DNA of 26,455 nt, from the IMG/VR virus record IMGVR_UViG_3300011335_000448, positions 1 to 26,455 of that record. One strand, 5' to 3'. Positions 1 to 7,163 of the stretch are shown in pieces. This stretch comes from a virus (lineage: Duplodnaviria > Caudoviricetes). Positions within the stretch are counted from its first letter, which is position 1. The number at the start of each line of letters is the position of its first letter. The translations under genes and the position numbers were made by a program. Below the pieces are notes generated by a model that saw only the letters and a list, made by a program, of their open reading frames with translations, searched no databases and was not told the origin of the DNA.

Positions 1-1490
1 CCTTGAAGGCAAGCCAGCAAAGCGTAGCGAGCACTATCAATACAATCATCTGGGTCACTGAATCTACCTCGTTCATCTACATAATAGTTAGTTGCTTCAC
101 TCAAGAATTGTGTGCAATTTTCATTGACCATCAATGATCCTACTTCCAACATTTGTCGCATTTGGTTTATGCCATAGGCTTTGTGGTTGGTTGTTCTGCC
201 CTGTGGATCAGGTGGATTCATTATGGCTTTATCATAGACATTGAGTTGATACTGTTCAAATAATTCACGTATGCTGTTAGCACTCATGGTGTATCTGCCA
301 GCAGTGCTTGCGTCAGCAGGAAGAACAATAGGACAACCAAACACTTCAGGACGAAGTAAATGATTGATATACTGTGTGGGCACAGCTTCTTCAATGCCCT
401 GCACAACAATTTGTCTATGTAAGTAAGCAATTCTTTCATGGGGTTCCCAATACATTAGTGATATAACTGTTTTGTCATTGACTAATCCAAGGTCTAGGGC
501 AATAACACGCTGTATACGACTCATACGTAAGAAGTCAATGTCACCTGTTTTGTATGTGGGCCAGTTAGCAATTTGGAATACTGCTCCTTTACCCATAACT
601 GGTTTGCCTGCAATACGTGCTTCACGCTCATGTGGCAAGTAATCCCGTTCCAGTTGTCGTCTTGTTTCCATTAACAAGAATGGTAAGCCCCAGGGATCCA
701 TTTCAGGCACATCGTCCCAGGCTACACGAATGTAATTATAGCCTTCTTCTTTGTTCCAAAATTTACTTACTAGTCCGTTGAGTCCTTTGAGTGGAGTAAA
801 CGAACAGAGAATCTTTCCCTGCGTAGTTGCTGTTCTAGTAACGATCTCACTGAAGAAATCATCTGGTGGTTGTTCGTCAAAGACTGCGAGATTAAGTTTG
901 AAACCCTGTAATTGACGAACTTCCTGAGTATAGTTAGCAAACAACAAATAACTATTGCCACCACTAACATGTTTAATTTCACAGCCAATATTGTTAGCAC
1001 CATCATTACGCATAGTGTCAGCGACAATGCAACTACGAGGTATAGCACCTGTGCCAAGATTTTCTGTAATTTTAACATCCTGTGTTCCTAATAATTCGTT
1101 TTGTAATACCAGGGCTACCTGACTCCAGCCCTCGCCGGCTACCATACAAGTGATTGGTGTGGTAAATCTATGACCCTCCCACCATTCTGGATATAAACCA
1201 GTTAGGTGCATGGCAGTTTCATAACAAGTGCTTACTGTTTTACCAATACGATTGGCTGCCAGTATGCCTCTGCGTTCATGTTTGCCAGTTTGGAAGAATT
1301 TCCGTTGATGTTCAAATGGACGAAAATACTTTAACTGATTAAACTTCATGTCATCAGCAACTGTGACACTGAGATCCATGAGTTGTGTTTTTAAGTCACC
1401 ATTTAAATTGGCCAGTGCATCCAAGGGCAGTTCATATTTGTCCACTGCCCATTTCAACGCACGAGCCATTAATACTTCATTGCCCAGCAT
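1..1490 (-). CDS. terL: Terminase large subunit (P22 gp2-like), 3'-truncated by the window edge; absent from the ORF track
   Basis: Manual translation from ATG at 1490 (TAATG overlap with upstream ORF): MLGNEVLMARALKWAVDKY...FEHQRKFF...GILAANRIGKTVS (Walker A)...HLTGLYPEWWEG...; nuclease motif DPDDCIDSARYA near positions 20-57 in the same frame. Confidence 0.95.
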   Translation of the reverse strand, partial: MLGNEVLMARALKWAVDKYELPLDALANLNGDLKTQLMDLSVTVADDMKFNQLKYFRPFEHQRKFFQTGKHERRGILAANRIGKTVSTCYETAMHLTGLYPEWWEGHRFTTPITCMVAGEGWSQVALVLQNELLGTQDVKITENLGTGAIPRSCIVADTMRNDGANNIGCEIKHVSGGNSYLLFANYTQEVRQLQGFKLNLAVFDEQPPDDFFSEIVTRTATTQGKILCSFTPLKGLNGLVSKFWNKEEGYNYIRVAWDDVPEMDPWGLPFLLMETRRQLERDYLPHEREARIAGKPVMGKGAVFQIANWPTYKTGDIDFLRMSRIQRVIALDLGLVNDKTVISLMYWEPHERIAYLHRQIVVQGIEEAVPTQYINHLLRPEVFGCPIVLPADASTAGRYTMSANSIRELFEQYQLNVYDKAIMNPPDPQGRTTNHKAYGINQMRQMLEVGSLMVNENCTQFLSEATNYYVDERGRFSDPDDCIDSARYALLACLQ

Positions 1491-1696
1491 TACATTTTGC
1501 CCAGTCGTTTAATGGCCAGTCTACTTTGTAGATATCCAGCAAACATTTCAAGTTCTTCTTCAGTTAAAATTAAATGTATTTGAACATCACCTTCGTCATC
1601 TTGATTGAATCTAAAGTGAAGTTCAAATTCGTCGGGACCAGTCCAAACACCACCTACATCTATGGCTGAACTTTCATCATGCGTCAGGTTGAACAT
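1490..1696 (-). CDS. Hypothetical protein (68 aa, acidic)
   Basis: ORF track; GGAG upstream of the ATG; stop overlaps the terL start. Confidence 0.8.
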   Translation of the reverse strand: MFNLTHDESSAIDVGGVWTGPDEFELHFRFNQDDEGDVQIHLILTEEELEMFAGYLQSRLAIKRLGKM

Positions 1697-2006
1697 TATG
1701 TTCTCCCAGCACAGGATGTTGTTTGTTAATGTATGCTAGATAATACAATGCTTCACTGAGATCACGTATCTCTGCGGCTGTGCTAACCCAGGTAGCAGGG
1801 TCAGCAAGATTATCAGGTTTGGCTGTTAGCATAGACTGCAAACGTTCAGCAGTTAAACGCAGTATGTGTTCTATCTGTCCAGGGAAACGTTGTTTAAATG
1901 CTTCCCTGTGTGCTTTATTGACTTTTTGCAATATCAATGTGTCACGATACTGACGCTCTTGTTGTGCTTGGTAGATGTGGCCATCTCTTATTGTTGAGTC
2001 TGTCAT
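1677..2006 (-). CDS. Hypothetical helical protein (about 109 aa; start revised from 2105 to 2006)
   Basis: AGGA-ACTAAA-ATG at 2006 directly after the upstream stop (2008-2010); the longer track ORF would overlap the upstream gene by about 100 nt. Confidence 0.8.
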   Translation of the reverse strand: MTDSTIRDGHIYQAQQERQYRDTLILQKVNKAHREAFKQRFPGQIEHILRLTAERLQSMLTAKPDNLADPATWVSTAAEIRDLSEALYYLAYINKQHPVLGEHNVQPDA

Positions 2007-2007
2007 T

Positions 2008-2811
2008 TTAGTTCCTGATGTCAGTGCCCCAAGGATCAACAATGGCTTCACTGTTAAATTGTCCAAAGTCTCTGTCAACAAATGTATCCCAGATGTTGCC
2101 AGCATTGATACGCATACTCTGCATCATGGTGCGTAGTCTACGTCCCACTGGTGTCAGTGTGCCATCTTCACGTTGAACCATTTGTTCTCCGGTGGCTGCA
2201 CCAATCCATTTAATTACTTCAGGACGCTCACGGCCATATTTGTCAATCTTAGTGCCTGTTTCTTTTTGTTCCCAGGGACCATTGATTTCATAACTGATAG
2301 TGCCGTTGTTATACTTGCGGAATGTGCAATGACATTTTTTACCCACTGCTCTATATTCTGGATCTGGATGAGGAACAAAAGGACTGAAGAAGTAATTTTG
2401 TAATTCACTTTCAGGTGGTAGATCTTGATCACGTGCTGGTATAGGTGGCATGGGCTCTACTGGCACCATGTCTGTTTTATCTATGTAAGGATTATTGTCA
2501 CCAATAAATTTAGCGTCTATCTCAACACCATTTAATGCGTCCATGGCAGTTTGATATTTTAATTTGTTGGCACGCCCTTTTAAGTTTAGGACAATCCCCG
2601 TTTCATCAAATACAAATCTCTCAAGTTCTTTGGCCGTGGGAAAGTCGGTCATTAGACCGTCCATGTCATATTCAGCGTTGCTTGTTGATTTGGGTTGTTC
2701 TGGTTTAAGTCCAGCAATTGAAGTGGCTACTTCAATTATTTCTTGGGGTGTTGCTTCTGCATCGTCCCAGGGGCTTTTGACATCTGTGGGTGTCGTTGTT
2801 TTCTTAGTCAT
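2008..2811 (-). CDS. Hypothetical phage protein (267 aa)
   Basis: Long ORF with AAGGA RBS, downstream of a TATAAATA motif and a structured leader. Confidence 0.88.
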   Translation of the reverse strand: MTKKTTTPTDVKSPWDDAEATPQEIIEVATSIAGLKPEQPKSTSNAEYDMDGLMTDFPTAKELERFVFDETGIVLNLKGRANKLKYQTAMDALNGVEIDAKFIGDNNPYIDKTDMVPVEPMPPIPARDQDLPPESELQNYFFSPFVPHPDPEYRAVGKKCHCTFRKYNNGTISYEINGPWEQKETGTKIDKYGRERPEVIKWIGAATGEQMVQREDGTLTPVGRRLRTMMQSMRINAGNIWDTFVDRDFGQFNSEAIVDPWGTDIRN

Positions 2812-2832
2812 TTCTATTCCTTAATATAAACA

Positions 2833-2886
2833 GGGAAACTATTGTTTCCCCATTTACCTTGCTACTTGATGAGATTAATATCTCAT
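2833..2886 (-). promoter_or_regulatory. Structured 5' leader with two 7-bp hairpins
   Basis: ATGAGAT-ATTA-ATCTCAT (2869-2886) and GGGAAAC-AATA-GTTTCCC (2833-2850). Confidence 0.55.
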
Positions 2887-2891
2887 ATTTC

Positions 2892-2899
2892 TATTTATA
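2892..2899 (-). promoter_or_regulatory. T4-type late promoter motif TATAAATA (exact consensus)
   Basis: Intergenic, sense orientation, followed by N5-ATG. Confidence 0.75.
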
Positions 2900-2911
2900 T
2901 TTTAAACAGTG

Positions 2912-4123
2912 TTATCTGCTTTTGCCGCCACCAAAACTGGTGTTCATGCCGCCACGTCCTGCACTCTTGCCGCCTGTGCTGGCACCCATCTGTGCCATGT
3001 TTTGTGGTGCTTGTTGCATGGCTTGTTGGCCACCCATTGTGCTACTTAAATTTAAAGGAGCCTGTTGTCCTGGATTAGGATTAGGGTTAAATGAATTTTG
3101 TTGGCCACCCAAATATGGATCTTGCACTATGCCCGTATTTCTAGCCATTACTTCAGGATCATTGGGACCACCTACTTGATAATCTCTGCCTGGTAGATAT
3201 GCGTTATCGCTAATTTGTATGCCAGAACCTTGTTGGCCACCGAATAAAGTATTGCCAGTAACTGGATCTTTTCTATTCATAGCTCTCATGTAAGGATCAT
3301 CAGGTATTTGTCCCTGACCTTGTTGGCCAACACCGAATAGTCCTTGATCGTTTATGTTAAATTCACCAGGAAACCTAGGGGTTGGACCACCGGGTTGATC
3401 GTATGGATTGAATCCTGGACCAGGAAATGTTCCACCTGGAAAGAATCCACCAGGACCACCAGGCATGCCAGGTTCTATAATAGGCATGGGGAAAGGCATG
3501 GGGAAAGGCTGATCTATAGGATTAGGCATAGGCTGCGGTTGAGGTTGAGCCTGCGGTTGTCTAGACTTATAAAATTCTTCTAATCCCTGCATGCCATAAG
3601 GATTTTTCTGGCGCTGAGTCATGTATTCTTTATACAATTCCGGAGTGCCCATACCATACGTGCGAACATCAAATCCAGGATCATATAAGTCTGTTCCAAA
3701 GTCATCAAATATTTCACCGGGACCAAACGGAGTTCTTTGTCCAGGATTATTAATTGCAAATTGTCTTTTTGTATTTTGATCCTGTATTAAAGGATCTACT
3801 TTTGCACCTGGTGCCACTGCTCTTTGAGTAGGTGTGCGTTGAATTGTTTTTACAGGTGTTGGGGCCGGAGTAAATGCTCCTATTTTCTCGTCTATGTAAT
3901 TTGCAGGATTTATTTTTGAACCTGGTGTAGCCGCTCTAGGAGCCGCACCGGCTATAGGCTTAGGTGCTACTATAGGTCTAGCAGGTGTTCTCAATGCAGG
4001 CATCATTGGTGGCAAAATATCTGGACTAGATATTGGTGTTTGCAATGGACTAATCTTAGATGCAGGTGCCTTAGCCACCACCCTGGGTTGTGTTGTAGTC
4101 TTACTTTTTGGAATGGTAGCCAT
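2912..4123 (-). CDS. Pro/Gln/Gly-rich low-complexity, probably disordered protein (403 aa)
   Basis: ORF with AAGGA RBS; composition; ends GGKSAGRGG...GGGKSR. Confidence 0.85.
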   Translation of the reverse strand: MATIPKSKTTTQPRVVAKAPASKISPLQTPISSPDILPPMMPALRTPARPIVAPKPIAGAAPRAATPGSKINPANYIDEKIGAFTPAPTPVKTIQRTPTQRAVAPGAKVDPLIQDQNTKRQFAINNPGQRTPFGPGEIFDDFGTDLYDPGFDVRTYGMGTPELYKEYMTQRQKNPYGMQGLEEFYKSRQPQAQPQPQPMPNPIDQPFPMPFPMPIIEPGMPGGPGGFFPGGTFPGPGFNPYDQPGGPTPRFPGEFNINDQGLFGVGQQGQGQIPDDPYMRAMNRKDPVTGNTLFGGQQGSGIQISDNAYLPGRDYQVGGPNDPEVMARNTGIVQDPYLGGQQNSFNPNPNPGQQAPLNLSSTMGGQQAMQQAPQNMAQMGASTGGKSAGRGGMNTSFGGGKSR

Positions 4124-4132
4124 CGTTGATCC

Positions 4133-4438
4133 TTATTTTTTAGGTGATTTATATTTGCTGGGCAACTTTGCGCCATTGGCTGTGGAGTTCTTCTTTGGTC
4201 CAACGTTTGTGTCAGCACTTAGGCCTTCAACTGCTGGATCACGGAAACTTTGCATGCCACGACCACGTGCGGCCACAGCATCAGTTACCATGTTAGCAAG
4301 AGCACTGCGCTCATTGCCTGAACTGGCTTTTTCTTTCATGAATGTATCACGCTTGCCACCCATGTCTTGGTTACCAGTTGTTGGTCCACGCTTTTGGTTA
4401 ATAGCCGCTGCTTGTGGGTTAGATGTAGAGATTCTCAT
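4133..4438 (-). CDS. Small basic hypothetical protein with an RGPTxGN motif (101 aa)
   Basis: AAGGA RBS; ATGA overlap with the upstream gene. Confidence 0.85.
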   Translation of the reverse strand: MRISTSNPQAAAINQKRGPTTGNQDMGGKRDTFMKEKASSGNERSALANMVTDAVAARGRGMQSFRDPAVEGLSADTNVGPKKNSTANGAKLPSKYKSPKK

Positions 4439-4827
4439 AGTTGGTTTCCTTTTGTTGGGCCACGACCCATGTTAATTTTGTCTGCGTTGCCCTTGTAGTT
4501 TTGACCTTCGCTGGGCATCCATGTTCTAGTGCCAGGGAAGCGACCACCACCTGATTCACGAACTTGTGCACCACGGTTGATGTTGTCACGAACTGATCCC
4601 TGTGCTGGTAGTTTTGGAACTACTGCGGCATCTGGATATGTGCTGTCGTCATCACTTTTGTTGCCCACTGTGGGACCACGTTTGCCAGTGATTAGTTTGT
4701 TGGGGTTTTGCATACCACTGTATTGATTACCGCAGTATGATTTAATGGCTCCACGATTAACGCCATTGCCTGCCATGCCGTTAAAATCTAGATTCATATC
4801 GCTTTGTGTTTTGCTGTTATGCTTCAT
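4435..4827 (-). CDS. Gly/Asn-rich hypothetical protein with two RGPTxGN motifs (130 aa)
   Basis: AAGGA RBS; ATGA overlaps at both ends. Confidence 0.85.
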   Translation of the reverse strand: MKHNSKTQSDMNLDFNGMAGNGVNRGAIKSYCGNQYSGMQNPNKLITGKRGPTVGNKSDDDSTYPDAAVVPKLPAQGSVRDNINRGAQVRESGGGRFPGTRTWMPSEGQNYKGNADKINMGRGPTKGNQL

Positions 4828-4982
4828 TTTGTTTTTCCTTTTGTCTTTGCTGACTTCATTGCCGCTGCTCGCTTAGTTGAATACGCGATTGCCAGGGCTT
4901 GCTTTTGAGGCTTGCCTGCAGCGATTTCTGTTTTGACATTCTCTGTGAATGCTTTTTTACTGGTTGATTTTTTTAACGGCAT
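4824..4982 (-). CDS. Small Lys/Ala-rich protein (52 aa), below the ORF-track cutoff, probably leaderless
   Basis: MPLKKSTSKKAFTENVKTEIAAGKPQKQALAIAYSTKRAAAMKSAKTKGKTK*; resembles the MPLKKG...KQAVAIA small proteins seen next to phage terminase genes; fills the gap exactly with an ATGA overlap. Confidence 0.88.
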   Translation of the reverse strand: MPLKKSTSKKAFTENVKTEIAAGKPQKQALAIAYSTKRAAAMKSAKTKGKTK

Positions 4983-4987
4983 AGTGT

Positions 4988-4995
4988 TATTTATG
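4988..4995 (-). promoter_or_regulatory. Late-type promoter motif CATAAATA-N5-ATG
   Basis: CATAAATA ACACT ATG; no Shine-Dalgarno sequence. Confidence 0.72.
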
Positions 4996-5001
4996 CTTTC
5001 T

Positions 5002-5373
5002 TTAGTCTGGCTCTTGCTCGTCTACTGTAACACCGGTAAACTTACGCAGTGCTTCAGCAAAGGCTGCCTGCTTGGCTGCAACAGCGTCTGCGCTGTCTTC
5101 TACTTCTATCTTGGCTAGTGTATTCATTACTTTGTTCAAGATTAAATTGTGATACTTAATCACAGTTTCTCTGTTGCCTTCATTTCTGGCAGTTAAGAAG
5201 TCATCTACAAGTAAATCCTCATAACGTTGTCCACCGCTTCTGGCAGTTAAACTGGCTAATAAGTCTTCCACGCTGATATGGTTTTTGCTGCCGGGCTTGC
5301 GTCCTGCGTTGGCTCTGGCGCCGCCCCATTTACCGGGCTTCTTTTCTGGTTGGGATTCTATGCTATTTGTCAT
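5002..5373 (-). CDS. terS: Probable terminase small subunit (start revised to 5373)
   Basis: N-terminal WGGARANAGRKPGSKN motif typical of small terminases, helical remainder; ATG at 5373 is 5 nt after TAAATA. Confidence 0.65.
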   Translation of the reverse strand: MTNSIESQPEKKPGKWGGARANAGRKPGSKNHISVEDLLASLTARSGGQRYEDLLVDDFLTARNEGNRETVIKYHNLILNKVMNTLAKIEVEDSADAVAAKQAAFAEALRKFTGVTVDEQEPD

Positions 5374-5378
5374 AATAT

Positions 5379-5386
5379 TATTTAGC
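5379..5386 (-). promoter_or_regulatory. Late-type promoter motif GCTAAATA-N5-ATG
   Basis: GCTAAATA ATATT ATG. Confidence 0.72.
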
Positions 5387-5389
5387 ATG

Positions 5390-5397
5390 GTTAAATA
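5390..5397 (+). promoter_or_regulatory. Late-type promoter motif GTTAAATA, divergent, for the only + strand gene
   Basis: GTTAAATA then TACATTTACCT-AGGA-ATAGAC-ATG(5419). Confidence 0.68.
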
Positions 5398-5418
5398 TAC
5401 ATTTACCTAGGAATAGAC

Positions 5419-5934
5419 ATGAACAAGTATAGTTGGAGAACCGCAGTGGCCGAGGACATACCTAAAATAGTTGCCATGGCAGAGCAACATTTTCAAACAG
5501 AGATAGACACAATCTTTACACCAGAACCAATAGTTTATAGTAGACACATTACTTTTGCTGTGGTCAATCAATATTATAATCCACGTGCCGAGTTATTAAA
5601 CGTTGCAGAGAATAGTTCAGGCATGATGGTAGCTTATACCTGGGCTAAAAGTGGTGACTATACCGCTTGGAGCGACATGGAGATGATTTCAGTGCGTATG
5701 GCTCACTTGGATTTAAGTCTCAGTGCCAGAGATAGAATATATTTAATTCAGGATATGATTAATTTGTGGGAGGGCTGGGCTAAGATTATTGGTGTGCCCA
5801 TTGTATGTAGCACTACCATGCGTAATGATCAAACTGCGTTTCTAAAACTACACGCTAGAAATGGTTATGATGTGCGTGGTAGTTATGCGTATAAAAAATT
5901 GAACACTGAACAAACCGGCCTGCCAATTCCTTGA
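5419..5934 (+). CDS. GNAT-fold (acyl-CoA N-acyltransferase-like) protein
   Basis: WRTAVAEDIPKIVAMA start, LINLWEGWAK-like helix and FLKLHARNGY end are GNAT-like; AGGA RBS. Confidence 0.75.
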   Translation: MNKYSWRTAVAEDIPKIVAMAEQHFQTEIDTIFTPEPIVYSRHITFAVVNQYYNPRAELLNVAENSSGMMVAYTWAKSGDYTAWSDMEMISVRMAHLDLSLSARDRIYLIQDMINLWEGWAKIIGVPIVCSTTMRNDQTAFLKLHARNGYDVRGSYAYKKLNTEQTGLPIP

Positions 5935-5991
5935 TGCCCAGACTAGAAAGCCACAAAATCATCTGGTTCTTGATAGTGTTCCTGGTGGCTT
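5893..5991. ncRNA. Possible structured or pseudoknotted RNA element between converging GNAT and dps genes
   Basis: Complementary pairs 5901-5907/5975-5981, 5948-5954/5985-5991 and 5938-5942/5962-5966; T6 run on the - strand at 5893-5898. Confidence 0.35.
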
Positions 5992-5994
5992 AAC

Positions 5995-6426
5995 TTATTC
6001 CAATGTGCTACGGATCATCCAAATAGATTTTTCTAGATCTAGTGCTTGATCCTGTGCGTAGTTACTGACTTCTTCCAAGTCTTCTTCACTGGCTATGGTG
6101 ATTAGTTCTTTGTAGTCACTTAACAAATGTTCCAGATCCATCATCACAGTTTCCAGTAATTCATCTGCTGTGCCTTCTATGGCGTCAGTGGGTATAGTGC
6201 TATCAAAGACAACATCATTGATATCGCAGGGCATGTATTCCTGCATAGTGCGTAGTATCTCACCAATCTTATCTATCTCTGCTTGTCTACGTTCATAGAC
6301 ACCCTGTAGTAATTTGTGATCACTTCTAAAATTGCGGCCTGTAATGTTTACATGTGCGGCATGGCTTCTAAAATAAACTATAAAGTTATTTTTAAAGACC
6401 AGTGTTAATTGTTCTGCTGTTGTCAT
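5995..6426 (-). CDS. dps: Dps/ferritin-like protein
   Basis: HAAHVNITGRNFRSDHKLLQGVYE...IDKIGE and C-terminal LEKSIWMIRS match the Dps signature; the usual HWN is HVN here. Confidence 0.88.
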   Translation of the reverse strand: MTTAEQLTLVFKNNFIVYFRSHAAHVNITGRNFRSDHKLLQGVYERRQAEIDKIGEILRTMQEYMPCDINDVVFDSTIPTDAIEGTADELLETVMMDLEHLLSDYKELITIASEEDLEEVSNYAQDQALDLEKSIWMIRSTLE

Positions 6427-7163
6427 TGTTGTCCTAATACTCTTTTAGCGGCTTGAACACGCATCTGCATATTTAATCTGTCCTTGTCAAGAATTGCCTG
6501 CTCTTCGGCAGTTAATCCACCATAGCGTTGATTTCTCACTGCTGATCTTTGATTGGCTGCGCCAGCCTGTCTTTGTGTAGCATACTCGCCACGTTGAACC
6601 TGTGCATATGGATTGAATTCCAGGCCTGCGGCATTTGGGTTAGCACGAATTTTGTCTTGTTCATAGGCTGCCATTTGATAGGGCATCATTAAAGCACTTT
6701 CAGGAGCAAGTGCGCCTGTTAATAATGCTGAACCTAAACCTCTAGCACCTGCGCCCAGAGCACCAGCACCTTGACGCACAGCATTTACAGTATTACCAAT
6801 AACTTCTTTAACTGGAGTTCCTGTGGCTGTATCAGTAGCCATTTTAAACATACTTGCATAAGGAGGATGTCCAGCCATCATTGAGCCTACATCTATTGCA
6901 CCTCTAACTGCTTGTTGAACTGGCATGTTAGCCACTGTTTGAGCACCTGCTCGCACAGCATTCATGGCTTCAGGAGCCTGAGCAGCCATTTGTTGCACAG
7001 TATTGGCAACAGCACTGACAGCCTGTGGTGCTAGGTTAGGCATTGAGCCTTGTTGTGTTTGTGGTGCAGATCCTAGACTACGTGCGGCTTCATCAATATC
7101 TGCGGCTGTGGGTTCAGTTTCAAACTCAACTCGTTGTCCATTGATTTCATATATAAAGGCCAT
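6423..7163 (-). CDS. Ala/Gln-rich putative internal virion (ejection) protein
   Basis: Composition; translationally coupled to flanking genes; position after the large ejection protein. Confidence 0.65.
   Translation of the reverse strand: MAFIYEINGQRVEFETEPTAADIDEAARSLGSAPQTQQGSMPNLAPQAVSAVANTVQQMAAQAPEAMNAVRAGAQTVANMPVQQAVRGAIDVGSMMAGHPPYASMFKMATDTATGTPVKEVIGNTVNAVRQGAGALGAGARGLGSALLTGALAPESALMMPYQMAAYEQDKIRANPNAAGLEFNPYAQVQRGEYATQRQAGAANQRSAVRNQRYGGLTAEEQAILDKDRLNMQMRVQAAKRVLGQQ

Noticed and set aside
770-1078. 102-aa ORF in the track
   Set aside because: Out of frame inside terL, which the track missed because it has no stop codon in the window.
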